This document shows positions 39,853 to 53,435 of a DNA stretch of 64,000 bases, one piece after another (positions within the stretch are counted from its first letter, which is position 1; every line of letters starts with the position of its first letter). The position numbers and the translations under genes were made by a program. This stretch comes from Okamejei kenojei (Eukaryota): assembly GCA_035221665.1 (NCBI GenBank), contig CM069155.1:29946001-30010000 (forward strand). Reading direction: 5' to 3'. The notes beneath the pieces are model-generated. The model saw only the letters and a list, made by a program, of their open reading frames with translations. It made no database searches and had not been told where the DNA came from.

Positions 39853-42800
39853 ACTGTTGAACAAGTTGGCCCCTTCAGAACCACCACCATCACACCCCAC
39901 ATGGATTTCCCTGTATTGTGCCAATGGCAGGATCAACCAAATGGAGAGGCCAGTGCAGCATACAATATCTTCATTATGTGGCCTGGCGTTACATCTGTGC
40001 TAAATATGATAGGTTCAGGGGAGATCTAACAAGATAGATACATGAAAGACATTGCTGGTTATGAAATCATATTCTTGCATAATCTTTATTCTCATGGCCT
40101 CAGATGGTCCCCCAATACACCATTATCACATAAAGTCCAAGACCATGCCAGGAGTAGTCAGACAAACCTAAAAATGGCTATTTGCTGAAGTCATCCCACA
40201 GACCACAGCCATGTTAAATAGAGAAAGCAACAGAAGTGAGACAGTGTAAGTGATCATGGAGCCCATGGATCAGATTAATGCTCTGTACACCTGCAAATCC
40301 AGACACGTCACTTGTGCTGGATAACCAAGAACTGTTGAGAAGTATAATCTCAGAATATTACTTTCAGCAACCAACTTCTGCAAGCCTTGTAAATGATCGA
40401 TTGTCCCCATCACAGAAGACAGTGCCCAGCCAATTTACTTGGTCCAGATTATTAATTATAGAAAACATTGAATGCAAATGTTTTGCCCTACAAAAGGTAT
40501 TATGGTCTGGAAATTTTACTGCACATGGCTACAGAATACTTTATTATCTAAGGAACTGTGAATAGAGCCAAAAACTGTGCAATAATTAACAAGCATCTTC
40601 TGTTCCAAAACTTCCATACTATGAAGGAAGGCAGACCACTGATAAAACAGCTGAGTATGTTTGAGCCCATTGCCATTTTGAACACGTGCTTCAATACCCT
40701 GGCACTGAAATTATTTACATCTTTGTCTTTATTTGATTAATGTCATGCCAATAGCCTTCATCTCTGAATTCCACGTAAACATTTGCAACAATAGATCCTG
40801 CCCTTGGAATGCAAGACAATTAAATCCTAACAATTATCATCCCCTCATCAGAATGTGGAAGGTGGCCCATAATTCCCTACGCAGTACTCACAATAAGGTT
40901 TTGTCAGGTCTTACCTCAACCTTGCCCAAAATATAGACAGAACAGTTTCATTCCGAAGACAAGGATGACTATTCTTTAAAAAAAAATCACAACAAAATTA
41001 ACTAAGAATCTGAGAAAATTCTCCACTGGCAAGAATCATGTTGAACACAAAAGAAAATAGGTTATTTAGTTATCGATCATCTTAGCCTCAAGGTACTGAA
41101 CAAAATGTACCAAAGGAAATTGCCCTAGATCCAAGTATCTCCTATTGCTTCAAGACCATCCCTCGGTCATGCGACGTCTCTCATATGAATGTGCATTTAT
41201 TCCGTTTCATTCACAGCTCTTTAGATCACAAGGTAGTTTGCAGCCTTATGCAGCAATACATGGATAACACAAATGCACACTCACCTAATTGCCTGTTTGA
41301 ATAATTCACCTTTTAATAATTTATACAACAGACTGAATAAACTTGTTATACCAATAAGAAGAGCTTCTCAAATTCACACACCAATCGTTGGTTTTCGTTA
41401 AATCACCAATCTTAATTTACAGGCTTGTTGCTAAAACTTGGCAAGTAACATCTGCACCACACAAGCATCAGACAACTATCTTCAATAATAGGGTGTATAA
41501 CATGTCTTCTTGGCTACCATTGTAGACAACAATACCAATAGTATTATTTACTACTATACTACAGCCTCAACCCTCACAATATCTTAACTAGACAAAGAAA
41601 CACCATGGCTCTAATGAACAGATTAGAGGCTGTGAATTCTGAACATGGTGACTCGCTCCCTAACTTAACAAAGCCTTTCCACCATTCACAAAACACAACT
41701 CAGGAATTGAGCGATATATTCTCCTTTTGCCTAGAGATGATTGACATTCATATATCAAAGTTCCACGCCATCCAGGGCAATGCAGAAATCTGTCTGAAAG
41801 ATTCATTCCTTTCACCAAAAGCATAGTGTGTACCATTTACAAGATTTATCACAGATACAAAGATCTCTTTGATAGTACTCTTCTCAAATTTGTGACCTCT
41901 CCCATCAAGGTCAGCAGGTACATGGAATGCCACCTGCAATTTCCTCAAGTCATACAGTCTAAAAAGAAAATGTATCACACCTTCATTACTCCAATAAAAA
42001 CCTTGCAACTCCCTAACAAATCTTTGTAAATATCTTCACAAAACACCTCAGAAATTCCTAAATGATGGTTCATCATCACCTTCGCAAGGATATTTGGCCA
42101 TGACCAATAAATCCAACATATCCCTTATTGGATGAATATAGAAAATACACAATTTAATGAATATCCATAATAGAAAGCATATTGAATTGTTTTCTTAATT
42201 TGGAAAATATCTCCAAGATACTTTATAACCCAAACAGAACATTATAAAAAAATGAGCAAATACATGGTCAAGAGTGTTAAAGTGAGTGAGGAGGAAGATT
42301 TAAAGCAAAATCTTCACTTTCTAATCATTCTCAACTTGGAAATCTGATCAAGTGCATCGTTAAACATAAACATGTAGGCTTTTCTTTGCAGTTATACAGC
42401 CGATTGCCCAATGCGACTCTTGATAGGCATTTGAAATCTTTTGTCACACAAATTAAAAACTCATCATACCAACAAAAAAACTTCCCACATTCACTCATCA
42501 ACTGTTGGATTTATTCTAATCACAAGTCATAATTGCTTTCCTTCGGTTGATCCCTGTGCACACGACTGTTGAGCAATGCACTTCCTTTCATTTGCAAACC
42601 TTCCCACAGTTTACTTCTCCATGGACAATGCCGGTGGATCGCCATGTACTATTCCTTCAGATCCATCGTTACACGAGCCGTGCATTCCCCAGCCCTGAAT
42701 CTTAATGCCGCCGAACCTGGTCAGATTTCCAGACCTTTGCAGTGCCTCCACAGCCCATTGCTAGTCCTCGTAACCCTCTTGGCTCTTGGACCACTCGGAC

Positions 42801-43038
42801 CCCAACGTCCACATTCAGGCTCCCATCGTCGCTTCCCACATCACTCTTTCATCCCGGGCTCCAGTGTCAGGCGCGGTGCTGCTCGCCGCTGACAGGTGGA
42901 CTCACTCGGAAAGTCCTGCAGCTCCGAGGCTCCTATGACTCCCTCCCTCCACTGACCATTCCCAGTCCGAGCTCACACACGCCTTCCAGTCACTGCGCGC
43001 GCCCCCTCCTCACCCACCCCATCCTTGCAGCCGCTCAC

Positions 43039-43075
43039 CATTGTGATGGACCCAAGCAGGTTTAAGCAGCTTCAT
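43039..43075 (-). CDS. HIRA: HIRA coding exon 1 (MKLLKPAWVHHNG)
   Basis: ATG at 43075; peptide matches the HIRA N-terminus (human MKLLKPTWVNHNG); GTGAG donor; 37 bp; lies in a CpG-rich patch. Confidence 0.95.
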
Positions 43076-44573
43076 GCTGGGCCGCGGTACCTGGGACTCA
43101 AGCACCACCCTCTCGGTCTCGGTGTCACTGTCCCAAGGCGACCCGGCCTCTCGCACCGCCGGAAGGGAGCAACACACTCAACGCTCCCCAGAAACTCCGG
43201 TGCCCCCGGCACAACGGCTCGGGAAAAGAATCAAGGTCAAAACAACCGTTCCGAGCGCAAAATAAAACCCAAAAAGTTAGATTTAGTGCATAATTTTCAA
43301 ACTCATCCGTAACTAATTTTAATTTAGAATAACTGAAAGGTCTGTGACCATCAAAACCTTCGGCAACCCGAAATCTCTAGCCTATTATCTGGTTGTAACT
43401 TGGTGAGCATCCAACAATATGAACTATATTGCCAGTGCCCTATTTTCATGACGGATAAGTGTTCGACCAATTGCTGCCTATAATGGATTCTACATTTATA
43501 CTCTTTTTAAAAAATGATTTGCCTTTAACTCAGTATATTCAGGGGACATTAAGCCAAGCAAGTAAATTTTGAAGTGCATCCATAATTTAGAAAGTACAAC
43601 TTCTGAATGTGTGCACGACAAGATTCCAAAGATAAAAGAGAATTGGCGCAGATTATCTGAATTAATGGTTTCGGTCAGGAGGTAAATACCGCCATCACAA
43701 TGTGGACCAAGCTCCTTTATTGTCTGGAAATGTGTAAGTTCACCTGAAAAGTTTAATGTCTCATTTAAATATATTTATTCCAAAAGTACAGCACTCCTAA
43801 ATGATGTCCAACTTACATCTAGTGCTCAATTCACCTAACGTTGTCATTCAGTGATGCATACACTGAAATGCCATATGGAAGATTATGTAATGGGAACAGG
43901 CAACATGACATATGTACCTACTACAATGAATGAACAAGGTAAATTATTCACTACAGCGAATGACTTTGTGGTATAAAAAAAATAGACATAGAAAGCAAGT
44001 AACTGTTGCCTCACGGTGATAAAACTATATTAGTGTCAATGCAAGAAGCTGGCTAATATTAACATAGGGAGTTATCTTGTTCACATGATAGTGTTTTACT
44101 ATTGTATAATTTCTGTTACTTCACTTTGTCCCAGCACTCTTTAAATATTCGTTCTTTCTTTATGAAAGCTCCAAGATAATTCTTCGTTGCTCTCCTTCAA
44201 GCAGTTAAGCAAATTTTATTTTAATGTCATGGCAAATTCTAAAGTCTAATTTCCAAAGCATTTTCATCAAAATTTAGATGCTCTATATTTCGATACAAAC
44301 TTGTCGGTAGCTTCGTTTACAGGTTCAATTATGATGTTAATGTGCTTGTTTTTTTTTTTAAATGAACAAATGTTCAATTGTAAACATACCACTGTTGTGG
44401 TTCTGAACTTTGTCGGGTGGGAACATTAGTAATGACCTGTGTTCGCAAGTGGGACATCATTATGTGGGGAGAAACCGCTGGTCGTGGTGCGCCGCTTTAA
44501 ACTGCTCGGGTTGAGTGGACTGGTTGGAGAAAAGGGTGGCAACGATCTCAAGGTGACTGCGTTCCTGATTAAC

Positions 44574-44608
44574 ATGGCATGGATGGTCCAGCCGCTCCTC
44601 GGCCTGAT
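44574..44608 (+). CDS. MRPL40: MRPL40 coding exon 1 (MAWMVQPLLGL; start of mitochondrial presequence)
   Basis: aacATGG Kozak context; GTGAGT donor; phase 2 matches exon 2; CpG-rich. The presequence is poorly conserved, so this exon is less certain. Confidence 0.7.
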
Positions 44609-45155
44609 GTGAGTACTGACTAAAACGAAGCGGATTTGAGGTGACATTAATCCCATGGATAGGTTATATTTCTATTAACTGGGGAACCAGCACAAAGCGC
44701 CTCGGGGAAACGGTTCCAGGCAGGTAAGTAAGGTCCTCGCATTTATATAAAATGCCTTACAGATCCTGAATTAGCTTTTGTTTATTACAATATTAAATAT
44801 TAACAAATATTAATGTATTGATAAACATAAATAAACATATTTTTGGTGCTGAAAAGGACACAACGTGCTGGAGTAACTAAGCGGGTCAAGCAGCATCTAT
44901 GGGGAACATGGATAGATGACGTTTCGGGTCGGGACCTTTCTTCAGCCAGTATAGTGATGCTTTGTAGGATATTCCAGTCTCTGCCCAATGGCAGAGGAAG
45001 CTTAATTATTGAATATATTCAAGAAAGAGGTGGTTTGTTTTTAGATGTTCAGAAAAGCGCCACCGAGGTAAAAGGTGAACAAAGATTTTAATGAGTGGCG
45101 GGGCAGGTATGAGGGACTGAATGGCCTATTCCTACTTCTGTTTACAGCATTATAT

Positions 45156-46297
45156 ATATATATATATTTTTTTCAAAATATACTTTATTCGAATGATAAA
45201 TATATACAATACATTAACCTTGCGGAAAATCCATCCGACATTTTCGGAGGCTGTACAATAGATCAATACAGTTTAGACATTTCTTTCCTCCAAGTTTCCA
45301 CAAAATCAGGCCACAATGGCGTGGGATACCTTCCCTATATTGAGGGGCGTCTCCACAATACTGTAATGTCCAGCAGCAGAAGGGCCTTAGAACCGAGCCT
45401 TGGCGTTGGCTGCACGAGCTTCAGTGCGTCCCTCAGCACGTACTCCTGCAGTCTGCAGCGGGCCAGTCGGCAACATTCCCTGACGACATCTCGCTTGCTG
45501 GGTGGTGAACAATGCTCGGGCAGACCAAAGGGCGTCTTTTAGTTGATGACCCTCCAGCAGCACTCGATGTCAGTCTCTGAATGTGTCCCTGGGAACAGTC
45601 CGTAAATCACAGAGTCCTCTGTGACGGAGCTGTTCGGGATAAAGCGTACCAGGGACCCTTGCATTTTTCTCCAGACTCTTTTAGTAAACCCACACTCTGT
45701 GAAGAGGTTCTCCTCGCCATAGCAGCCGTCCCGAGGGCAGCGTGCGCTGGTAGTGAGGTTCCGACGGTGCAGGAAGGATCTGACTGGGAGGGCTCCCCTC
45801 ACCGCCAGCCAAGCCAGGTCTTGGTGCTTGTTGGTGAGTTCTGGCGATGAGGCATTTTGCCAGACTAGCTGGGCATCTGATCAGGGAACCACGCCACCGG
45901 GCCCATAGAGTCCTTTCCCTGCAGTGCCTGCAGGACATTCTGTGCTGACCACTGCCCGATGGACATGTGGTCAAAGGTGTTGGTCCGGAAGAACCCTTCC
46001 ACCGACGACAGATGGGGCGGCAATGTCCAGCTGACTGGCACATTGCGTGGCACCTGCGCCAGGCCCATCCTTCTCAACACCGGGGACAGGTAGAACCTCA
46101 GCAGGTAGTGACACTTGACGTGCCTTGGCTCTACACTCCGCCTGATGCAGCCACACACGAAGGTGGCCATCAGAATGAGGGCGACGTTGGGCACGCTTTT
46201 ACCCCCGTTGTCTGCCGACTTATACATTGTAGCCCGTCTCACCCGGTCCATCCTCGACCCCCAGATGAAGTGGAAGATGGCCCGGGTGATCCCTGTG
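45156..46297 (-). mobile_element. 5'-truncated Tx1/L1-clade LINE (post-RT region plus zinc-binding zf-RVT-like C-terminus) in MRPL40 intron 1
   Basis: ORFs 45865..46251 and 45539..45802 (ALPVRSFLHRR...CPRDGC..EE...EC....VW); AATAAA plus A-tail at about 45166-45189; 9-bp TSD GCATTATAT. Confidence 0.9.
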
Positions 46298-46789
46298 GCA
46301 TTATATGGCCTTATCCATTTGAGAGAATGGATTTCTGAATTGAATCTGTTCTGAAGATATGACTCCTAATCGTTCAGCTCCTCCCTTAATGCTACACTGG
46401 TGTAATTCTAGGTTTTGGGTTTGGGAAGTCAACATTGATAACTAATACGTTTTTGATCCCTGCTCTAGATTGATTTGAAGAATGCAAGATTTTGCGATAA
46501 GGAGATCTTGTATTCTGATGAGATTCAAATGAAGTTTTGTCACTGTTGGGTGGAAAAAATGTGATAGTCCAGGAAAGACATATACCTCAGTACAGTACTC
46601 AGTGTCATATCAATATGGCAAAGAAAGAACAGACTGTTTTGAATGACAGTATTATATTGTCTATATGCATTTGCTAAAAGCAACATCCTTTCCAGGATTT
46701 CTTACAGCCAATGTTTTGATTATAAAAGCACAAGATGAATCTGAGTCTTGTAACTAAAAGCTGGAACTAATTTTGTTTTTCTCTCACAG

Positions 46790-46873
46790 ATCGCGTACAG
46801 TGTGGAATGCTTCAATTCGAACCAGCCACTGGCATACGTCCATGTTGGCACTCAGAGAATCCTTGCCAATGAG
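46790..46873 (+). CDS. MRPL40: MRPL40 coding exon 2 (SRTVWNASIRTSHWHTSMLALRESLPMR)
   Basis: Pyrimidine tract plus CAG acceptor; GT donor; ends in PMR, which joins AEPKKKKK of exon 3; 84 bp. Confidence 0.88.
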
Positions 46874-47845
46874 GTACAGTATATGGTACAAGCTTCAGTT
46901 TTTCCATTTCAGCTGCCTAGATCTCTATGGGAAAACATAGAGTACACTCTGAGGATCAGCATTTCTATTGTGTGTGATTTTTTTGGTTGCAACAGCATAA
47001 ACTTAGCTGAACTGCATTTATCCCAGGGTTCACTTAATTGTTTGCAAGTGCCATTAAAATAATTGAAAGATGTAAATTAAAATGTAAATACATCATTATA
47101 GAGAAACGGTACCACTGGAAATGCTGGAAATCTGCAACATAGGGAAAGCTTGTTAGAAATGTGCAACAAGCTGGTGAGCATTTGTGAATGAGTGGGAGGA
47201 AAATGTTAACTTTTTTAAACTGCAGATGTTGGAGATCTAAAATAAAAAACAGAAATGGTTGATAACAGCCGGCAGGTCAGAATGTTTCTGGGGGGAAAAA
47301 AACAGACTCGCATTTCTGGCTGAAGACCCTTTGTTGGAATGTCAATTTATCGTTTTCTTCAGGCCAATTTCAATTGGATTATAACTAAGAGGGGGATCAA
47401 GGCAAAATAAATTGCAACTGTTTCATTTTATAGCAACTATATATACAGTACATTAAGCAGGTCAAGCAGGGAGAAAATGTGGAAATTTAGAGTACATAGG
47501 AAACATTTAAATAAAAAGGCTGACCTAACTGGATGTGCATCAGAATGTTTTGATCCCTTGGTCCTTTTGACTAGAATTCTTGTATCAAATGTGTTTTCTG
47601 GTGTTTTGGAACAAAATTACTCTCGATTATTTTCTCAAGGCTTGATGATTGTTTCTATTAGGTCAGTGAATTAGCTTAAGGAAGGCTGCTCGTCATCATT
47701 GGACTTCTCAATTGCTAGTGGCAGCAGCAGAAGTTGGGAGTTGGTCTACTCGCCATCACATTGCTTGGTAGAGGAGTCTGGGGAATGAATATGCAGACAT
47801 AATTAATCCATACATTTAATAAGTGTGGGTAAATTTATTTTGCAG

Positions 47846-48001
47846 AGCTGAGCCTAAAAAAAAGAAAAAAGTGGATCCCAAAAGAGAGCAGGCAGTAAGA
47901 GACCGTTTGAAAAAAAGATTGAAGAAGTTGGAACGTGTTCCTCCAGAGCTGATCCCAATTGAAGATTTTATAACTCCCACAAAGTTCCTTGATGAATCCA
48001 G
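47846..48001 (+). CDS. MRPL40: MRPL40 coding exon 3 (AEPKKKKKVDPKREQ...ELIPIEDFITPTKFLDESR)
   Basis: ORF 47823..48014 with the mL40 motifs KKKKVDP and ELIPIEDF; AG/GT sites. Confidence 0.95.
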
Positions 48002-49831
48002 GTCTGTGTTCTGAAACATTAGTTCTCAATAGGAAATGTATTTTTTCCCCATTGTTTTCTTACCATTGTATGATTTTCATTCCAAACTGCGGGTAAGAAT
48101 TTATTTTTCATCCTGAATTCTCTTTAGATAATATTGAAATAATGTTGTATTATTGTCCTTATTTATCTTCTTTCAAATGGTAAAAGGGCGATTGGTCCAA
48201 CCTGTGAGAGAGTGTTTATGGTTCAGGGTAAAGGTGAGTGAAAAGAAAACTAAGGTGAGATAAGAGAGGTGGTTAAAACTAGTGAATACAGGTGATGACA
48301 TCAGAGTGGATCCAATGATAAGAATGTATTCATCAGAAAAGACAAGATGTTGATTATACATTTAGCAAGTTTGTAGCAACAGGGAGAGTTTGTATATCAT
48401 GTGTACCCAAATCGGGGACATCTAATGACTGGGCATCAAAATACAAATTAGGAGTAGAAGTAGGTTACTTGAACCTAAACTAGCATTTAATGTGGTTTAT
48501 CTAATTGTTAGCTCAATTCCTTAGTAACCTTTCCTTCTCTTGGTAAACAACTATGTACCTACCTCATTCTTAAATATTCAAAGACCGTGCTCACAGTGCC
48601 CTTTTGGGAAAGAGAGCTCCAAACACTCTTGACCCTCAGAGAAATTTCACCTCATCTGTCTCAATTGGTGAGCCCTTTAATTTTAAATAGTGAGCCCAAA
48701 TTCTGGATTCTCATGGAAGAGAAAACAGTCCCCGTGTTTAACCTTACAAAAACACTCAGTATCTTGTATTTCAATTGGATTTTCTTTTTGCTAATCTAAA
48801 TGCCTGCAGAAGTCTGGCCTTCCAATCTTTCATCATTTGACAAACTGTCCAGTTTGGTTGTTGGTCAAGTAAATCTCTGGATTACTTTCAGCTCATTTAC
48901 ATTCTTCCATAAAAAGGAGACAAATAGGGTGCACAGAACTCCAAATGTGCTTTGTTAATATACTCCTTTATCGTGCTATTTCTTCAAAAGAACACCACCA
49001 ATAGTCAAACATGATTTCCCTCTCTAAATACCATGTTCATACAATTTGAGCAGTTAGTCCATTTGGATGGGGTTCTTTAGACATCATTGGTTTAGTTCCA
49101 AACTGACGGATTAACTGGTAATTTTCACATTATTGTTTGTGAAAGCTTGCAGTGTTCAAAATGACTACATCAACCCTTAAATCATTTTGGAACATGAGAG
49201 ACTACAGATACTAGAATATTGAGCAAAAAAACAGACAGCTGGAGGAGCTCAGCGGGTTAGGCAGCATCTATGGGGGGGAAATGGACAGGTGGTATTTTGG
49301 ATCAAGATCTTTCTTCAAGACACCCATTAAAACATCCCAGTTTCCTAAAACACTTGTGATGTTTGCGTTTTCTTTAAATTATGACATTGAAACAAGACAG
49401 TGAATTCTTCCCCAGACGTACTGTTATTTAAAGAAATAAGTTCTACCTAGACCCGTTGCCTCAGTGGCTGAGACCCAGGTTCAGTCTTGATCTCTGCTGC
49501 TACCTGTGTGGAGTTTGCATGATCTCCCTGTGACCTTGGTACTCCAGTTTACTTTCACATCTGAAAGATGTGTGGGTTAGTAGGTTAATCAGCCATTTTA
49601 AAATTGTACCTTGTGCAGGTATGTGGTCGAATCTGGGGGAGTTGAAGGGATTGTTGGGGAATAAAAATGGTAAGATCAGTACAAATGGATGGTTTGGGAG
49701 AACCTGGTGGGTCAAGTGACCTGTTTCCGTACCGTAGGACTCTCATACTGGAAGCATAAAGTGAACCTCAAGTACTAATAATGACTATGCACATAAAATG
49801 CCCTCAATAACATATTATCTATGGTGCCTAG

Positions 49832-50141
49832 AATTCGAGATCTGCCCAAAGTGACAGAGGAAGAGACAGAGCAGCGAGCGCTTCTGATGAAGGAATGGTC
49901 ACGATATAAACAGAAGGAACATAAAAAGGAAGCTGAAATGATTCATTCCATGATTGAGGCACAGCAGGAAGCGCTACAGGAACTGCGTGTCGAATCAGAG
50001 GACTTGTACCAGGCTGCAATTAAACGGGATCAAGGACTGTTTCCATTGGAGTTACAAGGATGCAGCTATACTCCTCCTATACCTGGCTACCAAGCACCTG
50101 ATGGAAAATACAGAGAAAACACAAAGGTTTATACACAGTGA
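49832..50141 (+). CDS. MRPL40: MRPL40 coding exon 4 to stop (...ALLMKEWSRYK...YTPPIPGYQAPDGKYRENTKVYTQ*)
   Basis: ORF 49821..50141 with a typical mL40 C-terminus; TAG acceptor at 49829-49831. Confidence 0.95.
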
Positions 50142-50197
50142 CGTACATGGGAACCTTTCACTTCTTTCCTGTTATCCTTTCAAGCAGATCTTTTTTA

Positions 50198-50203
50198 AAT
50201 AAA
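50198..50203 (+). terminator. Probable polyadenylation signal of MRPL40
   Basis: AATAAA about 57 nt after the stop codon. Confidence 0.6.
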
Positions 50204-50558
50204 GTAAATATTGTCATAAAACGTATAGTACGTTTATGTGAAATGTACTTCTGATTAACAAGTTTTCAGAAAAGTTGCTATTCCCTCCAATGTTTGTCAA
50301 TGCTTTTAAAAAAGCAGTGTTAAAAATATACATAAGTAAATGTACCAACAATGTTAATTGGCAACTTAACTGGAATGAAAATCATTACAAATCTGCACAA
50401 TTTGTAAATATGAAACAATTGCCAAAAATGCTAGAAATGCTGAAAAGAGAATTAATTAACGTTTCAAGTTGAAGCCAGGTTTGAACTGAGAAAGAGGGAA
50501 AATAAATTGGTTTCAAGTTGCAGAAAAGGTGGGGGTTGAACATGTAGTACAAAGGGAA

Positions 50559-51082
50559 GATAGACATAAAAAGCTGGAGTAACTCAGCGGGACAGGCAGC
50601 ATCTCTGGAGAGAAGGAATGGGTGACGTTTTGGGTTGAAACCCTACAGACTGGTTAGGGATAAGGGAAACGAGAAATACAGATGGTGACATGGAGAGATA
50701 AAGGACAATGAATGAAAGGTGCAAAAAAGTAATGATAATAAAGGAAACGGGCCATTCTAAGTTGTTTGTAAGGTGGAAATGAGAAGCTGGTGTGACTTGG
50801 GTGGGGGAGGAATAGAGAGAGAGAGAGAGAGAGAGAGAGGGAATGCCGGGGCTACCTGGTGAGATAAATCAATATTCATACCACTGGGCTATTCAATGTT
50901 CTTTATCTCTCCACATCACCGTCTATATCTCTCGTTTCCTTTATCCTTAACCAGTCTGAAGAAGGGTCTCGATCCGAAATGTCACCCATTCCTTCTCTCC
51001 AGAGATGCTGCCTGTCCCGCTGAGTTACTCCAGCTTTTTATGTCTATCTTCGGTTTAAACCATCTGCAGTTCCTTCTTACAC
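50559..51082. repeat. Inverted pair of Penelope 3' ends, with (GA)n at about 50813-50838 in the spacer
   Basis: 50559-50713 is the reverse complement of about 50891-51048. Confidence 0.88.
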
Positions 51083-51329
51083 ATTTAGTACAAAGGAAAT
51101 ATCTCTGATAGGGTTACATTGCATTATGGAGATAGTTAGCAAGAGATCGAAAGAAACAAATGCTATAAGATGAGTGGCAAATTACAAAGATTGAAAAGGT
51201 GTGATATGCAGGGCTATAAGACATGTCCGAGAGTCAGATTGTACTAGTGGAGATAAAATAGACAGCTCATAGCACAGCTGGAAAACATAGCAGAAATGGC
51301 CATTTCTGATACTGGCAAAGTGAATTATC

Positions 51330-52140
51330 TGACATTCTAGGAGTTGGGAGTCTGGAAGAATACAATGTGCTTAAATGGAAGATGAGATGCTGTCCCTTAA
51401 ACTTGCATTGAGCATCATTGTAACTTTGCAAGAGGCCACAGACAATTAGTGAAAATTTAGAAATAAATGGCAGGCAGCAGGAAGCTCTGAGTGGCCTCTG
51501 CAAAGCTAACACGTGTACTCCATAAAGCAGTTACCCAATCTGAGTTTGGTTTCTCAAATGTGGAGGAAACCACATTGTAAACACCAAATGCAATAAATAA
51601 GATTTTGTGATTACCGTAAGTGAATTGCTGCTTCATTTGATAGAATTGTTTTGGTCATTTGACAGTAGGATGGAAAAAACATATAATGTCACGAGCTGCA
51701 TTTCTAGTAGTTGACTGGGAACTTAGCATAAGGAGGGGTAATGGTGGTGATGGGAAAATGGATCTTGGGAATCAAAGAAAGCAATATATTCAATATGCTG
51801 AAAGGAGCAGGTTAGGAAGATGTGTCCATAGGTGGGAACTATATGCTGGTGGAAATTGTGAAATATGAACTTAAATGTAGAAGCAGATGTGGAAAATGAG
51901 GACCAGGGGAACCATGTTCTGTTCAGGAGAGGGTGTCAGAGCCAAGATATGGACAGAAACAGATTCAGTCAAGGGTTCTTCAGCCATTATAATGGGGAGG
52001 CCACAATTCAGGCAGGACAGTGTTTTGGAGGCACCTACGTGGAAAGTCTCTTCAATGGATCAAATATGATGAATGTAAAATGGAACTGGAAAATAGAATA
52101 AAGTCCTTACAGGAGGCAGAGTGCAAAGAAGTATAGTTGA
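51330..52140 (-). mobile_element. Old decayed Penelope-like fragment
   Basis: Residual similarity to 29100-29800 (e.g. QHLIFHL in ORF 51267..51512; gaggaccagggga). Confidence 0.6.
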
Positions 52141-52516
52141 AATTCTCATGGTGGCTCTCATTCATTCAACACTTTAAGTTGGTTTGTGTGCCTCATCATT
52201 CAGATTTTCTGCAACTGCCACCATAACAAAAGCATTCCAACAACATGATACTCAGATAAATGAGTAGGCTGAGTTTTTCATTATTGAATACAGCTCTTAA
52301 ATCAAAATTACACCTAGCAATCACATGTCAGTTTGATTCAAGATGGAGGTTGCACCAAATCCAAAAGTGAATCCAGATTTTCAGATGCTATTAAGAATCT
52401 AAGATGTTTTGCGTTAGATTAGCCTAAATCCAATTTTATAAAGAATCAACATAACAAAAGTTATGGACTGTTATCCAACAATATGATAGTTTAACTCCAG
52501 GAGCAGGTAATTTCCA

Positions 52517-52639
52517 TTATTTCTCTTTTCCATCATATAGGGGAAGATGCCATTCAGCTGGTGGATTCTTCCTCATCTCCCAGATTGGATCCCTCTTTTG
52601 TTCTTCTAACCTTTTCTTCTCACTATCACGTAAAGCTTC
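52517..52639 (-). CDS. C22orf39: C22orf39 orthologue exon 3 to stop (EALRDSEKKRLEEQKRDPIWEMRKNPPAEWHLPLYDGKEK*)
   Basis: Hand translation with W..R..PP..W.LPL motif; ttttacAG acceptor; TAA stop. Confidence 0.92.
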   Translation of the reverse strand, partial: EALRDSEKKRLEEQKRDPIWEMRKNPPAEWHLPLYDGKEK

Positions 52640-53054
52640 CTGTAAAATTTAAAACAAACTAACAATTAGAGCTACGTTCAATCAGAAGCTGCTGCTGAAG
52701 CTTATACTGCCTCCTGAAAGAAGGGCTGGGAAGTCTTGCATGGAAGAAATACTTTCCAGGAAGCTTAATATTGTGATTCGGGGCTGGGATACCTTTGCTT
52801 TCCAGCAATTGTCTCCTAAACGTGTGTGTGTGTGTTAATACTGGGTTATTGAGCAATGCTCACCCATTGTTCAAGCTCATGAAAGCCAAGCATAAGTTGA
52901 TAGTGAGCAATCAGAAGCAAGAACTGGTGCTGATATTTCCTGCCCTCTATCCAATGGTATAAGCCCAAACTTGTTTCACAGTTCAAATGAAGATATTCAG
53001 CGCACTAGCAATTTGGGAACAGCCCAATCATGGCTAGTTGTTGTTATTAAGAGA

Positions 53055-53300
53055 CATAGAAACATATAAATTAGGTGCAGGAGCAGGCCATTCGGCCCTT
53101 CGAGCCTGCACCGCCATTCAATATGATTATGGCTGATCATCCAACTCAGTATCCTGTACCTGCCTTCTCTCCATATCCCCTGATCCCTTCAGCCACAAGG
53201 GTCACATCCAACTCCCTCTTAAATATGGCCAACGAACTACTTTCTGTGGCAGAGAATTCCACAGATTCACCACTCTCTGTGTGAAAAACGATTTTCTCAT
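53055..53300 (-). mobile_element. CR1 3'-end fragment. Related copies at about 15093-15215 and 3755-4065
   Basis: ggtgcaggag.aggccattcggcccttcgagcc...atggctgatcatcc shared between copies. Confidence 0.75.
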
Positions 53301-53435
53301 CGGTTTATTTAATCAGAGTTAAATCATTTTGTGACAATCCCACCAAACTGTCAGATTTGAGACGATTGAGTGTTATTCATAATAATACCTCTACACATTT
53401 TCAATTTGCTGTATTTAAAAGGCATAACACTTTTT

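Larger units (their letters stand above)
42850..44730. promoter_or_regulatory. Divergent HIRA/MRPL40 promoter region
   Basis: Head-to-head ATGs at 43075 (-) and 44574 (+); CpG-rich patches at about 42850-43260 and 44440-44740. Confidence 0.7.

Noticed and set aside
42569-43312. + strand ORFs of 63-107 aa around HIRA exon 1
   Set aside because: By-product of CpG-island composition; no homology recognised
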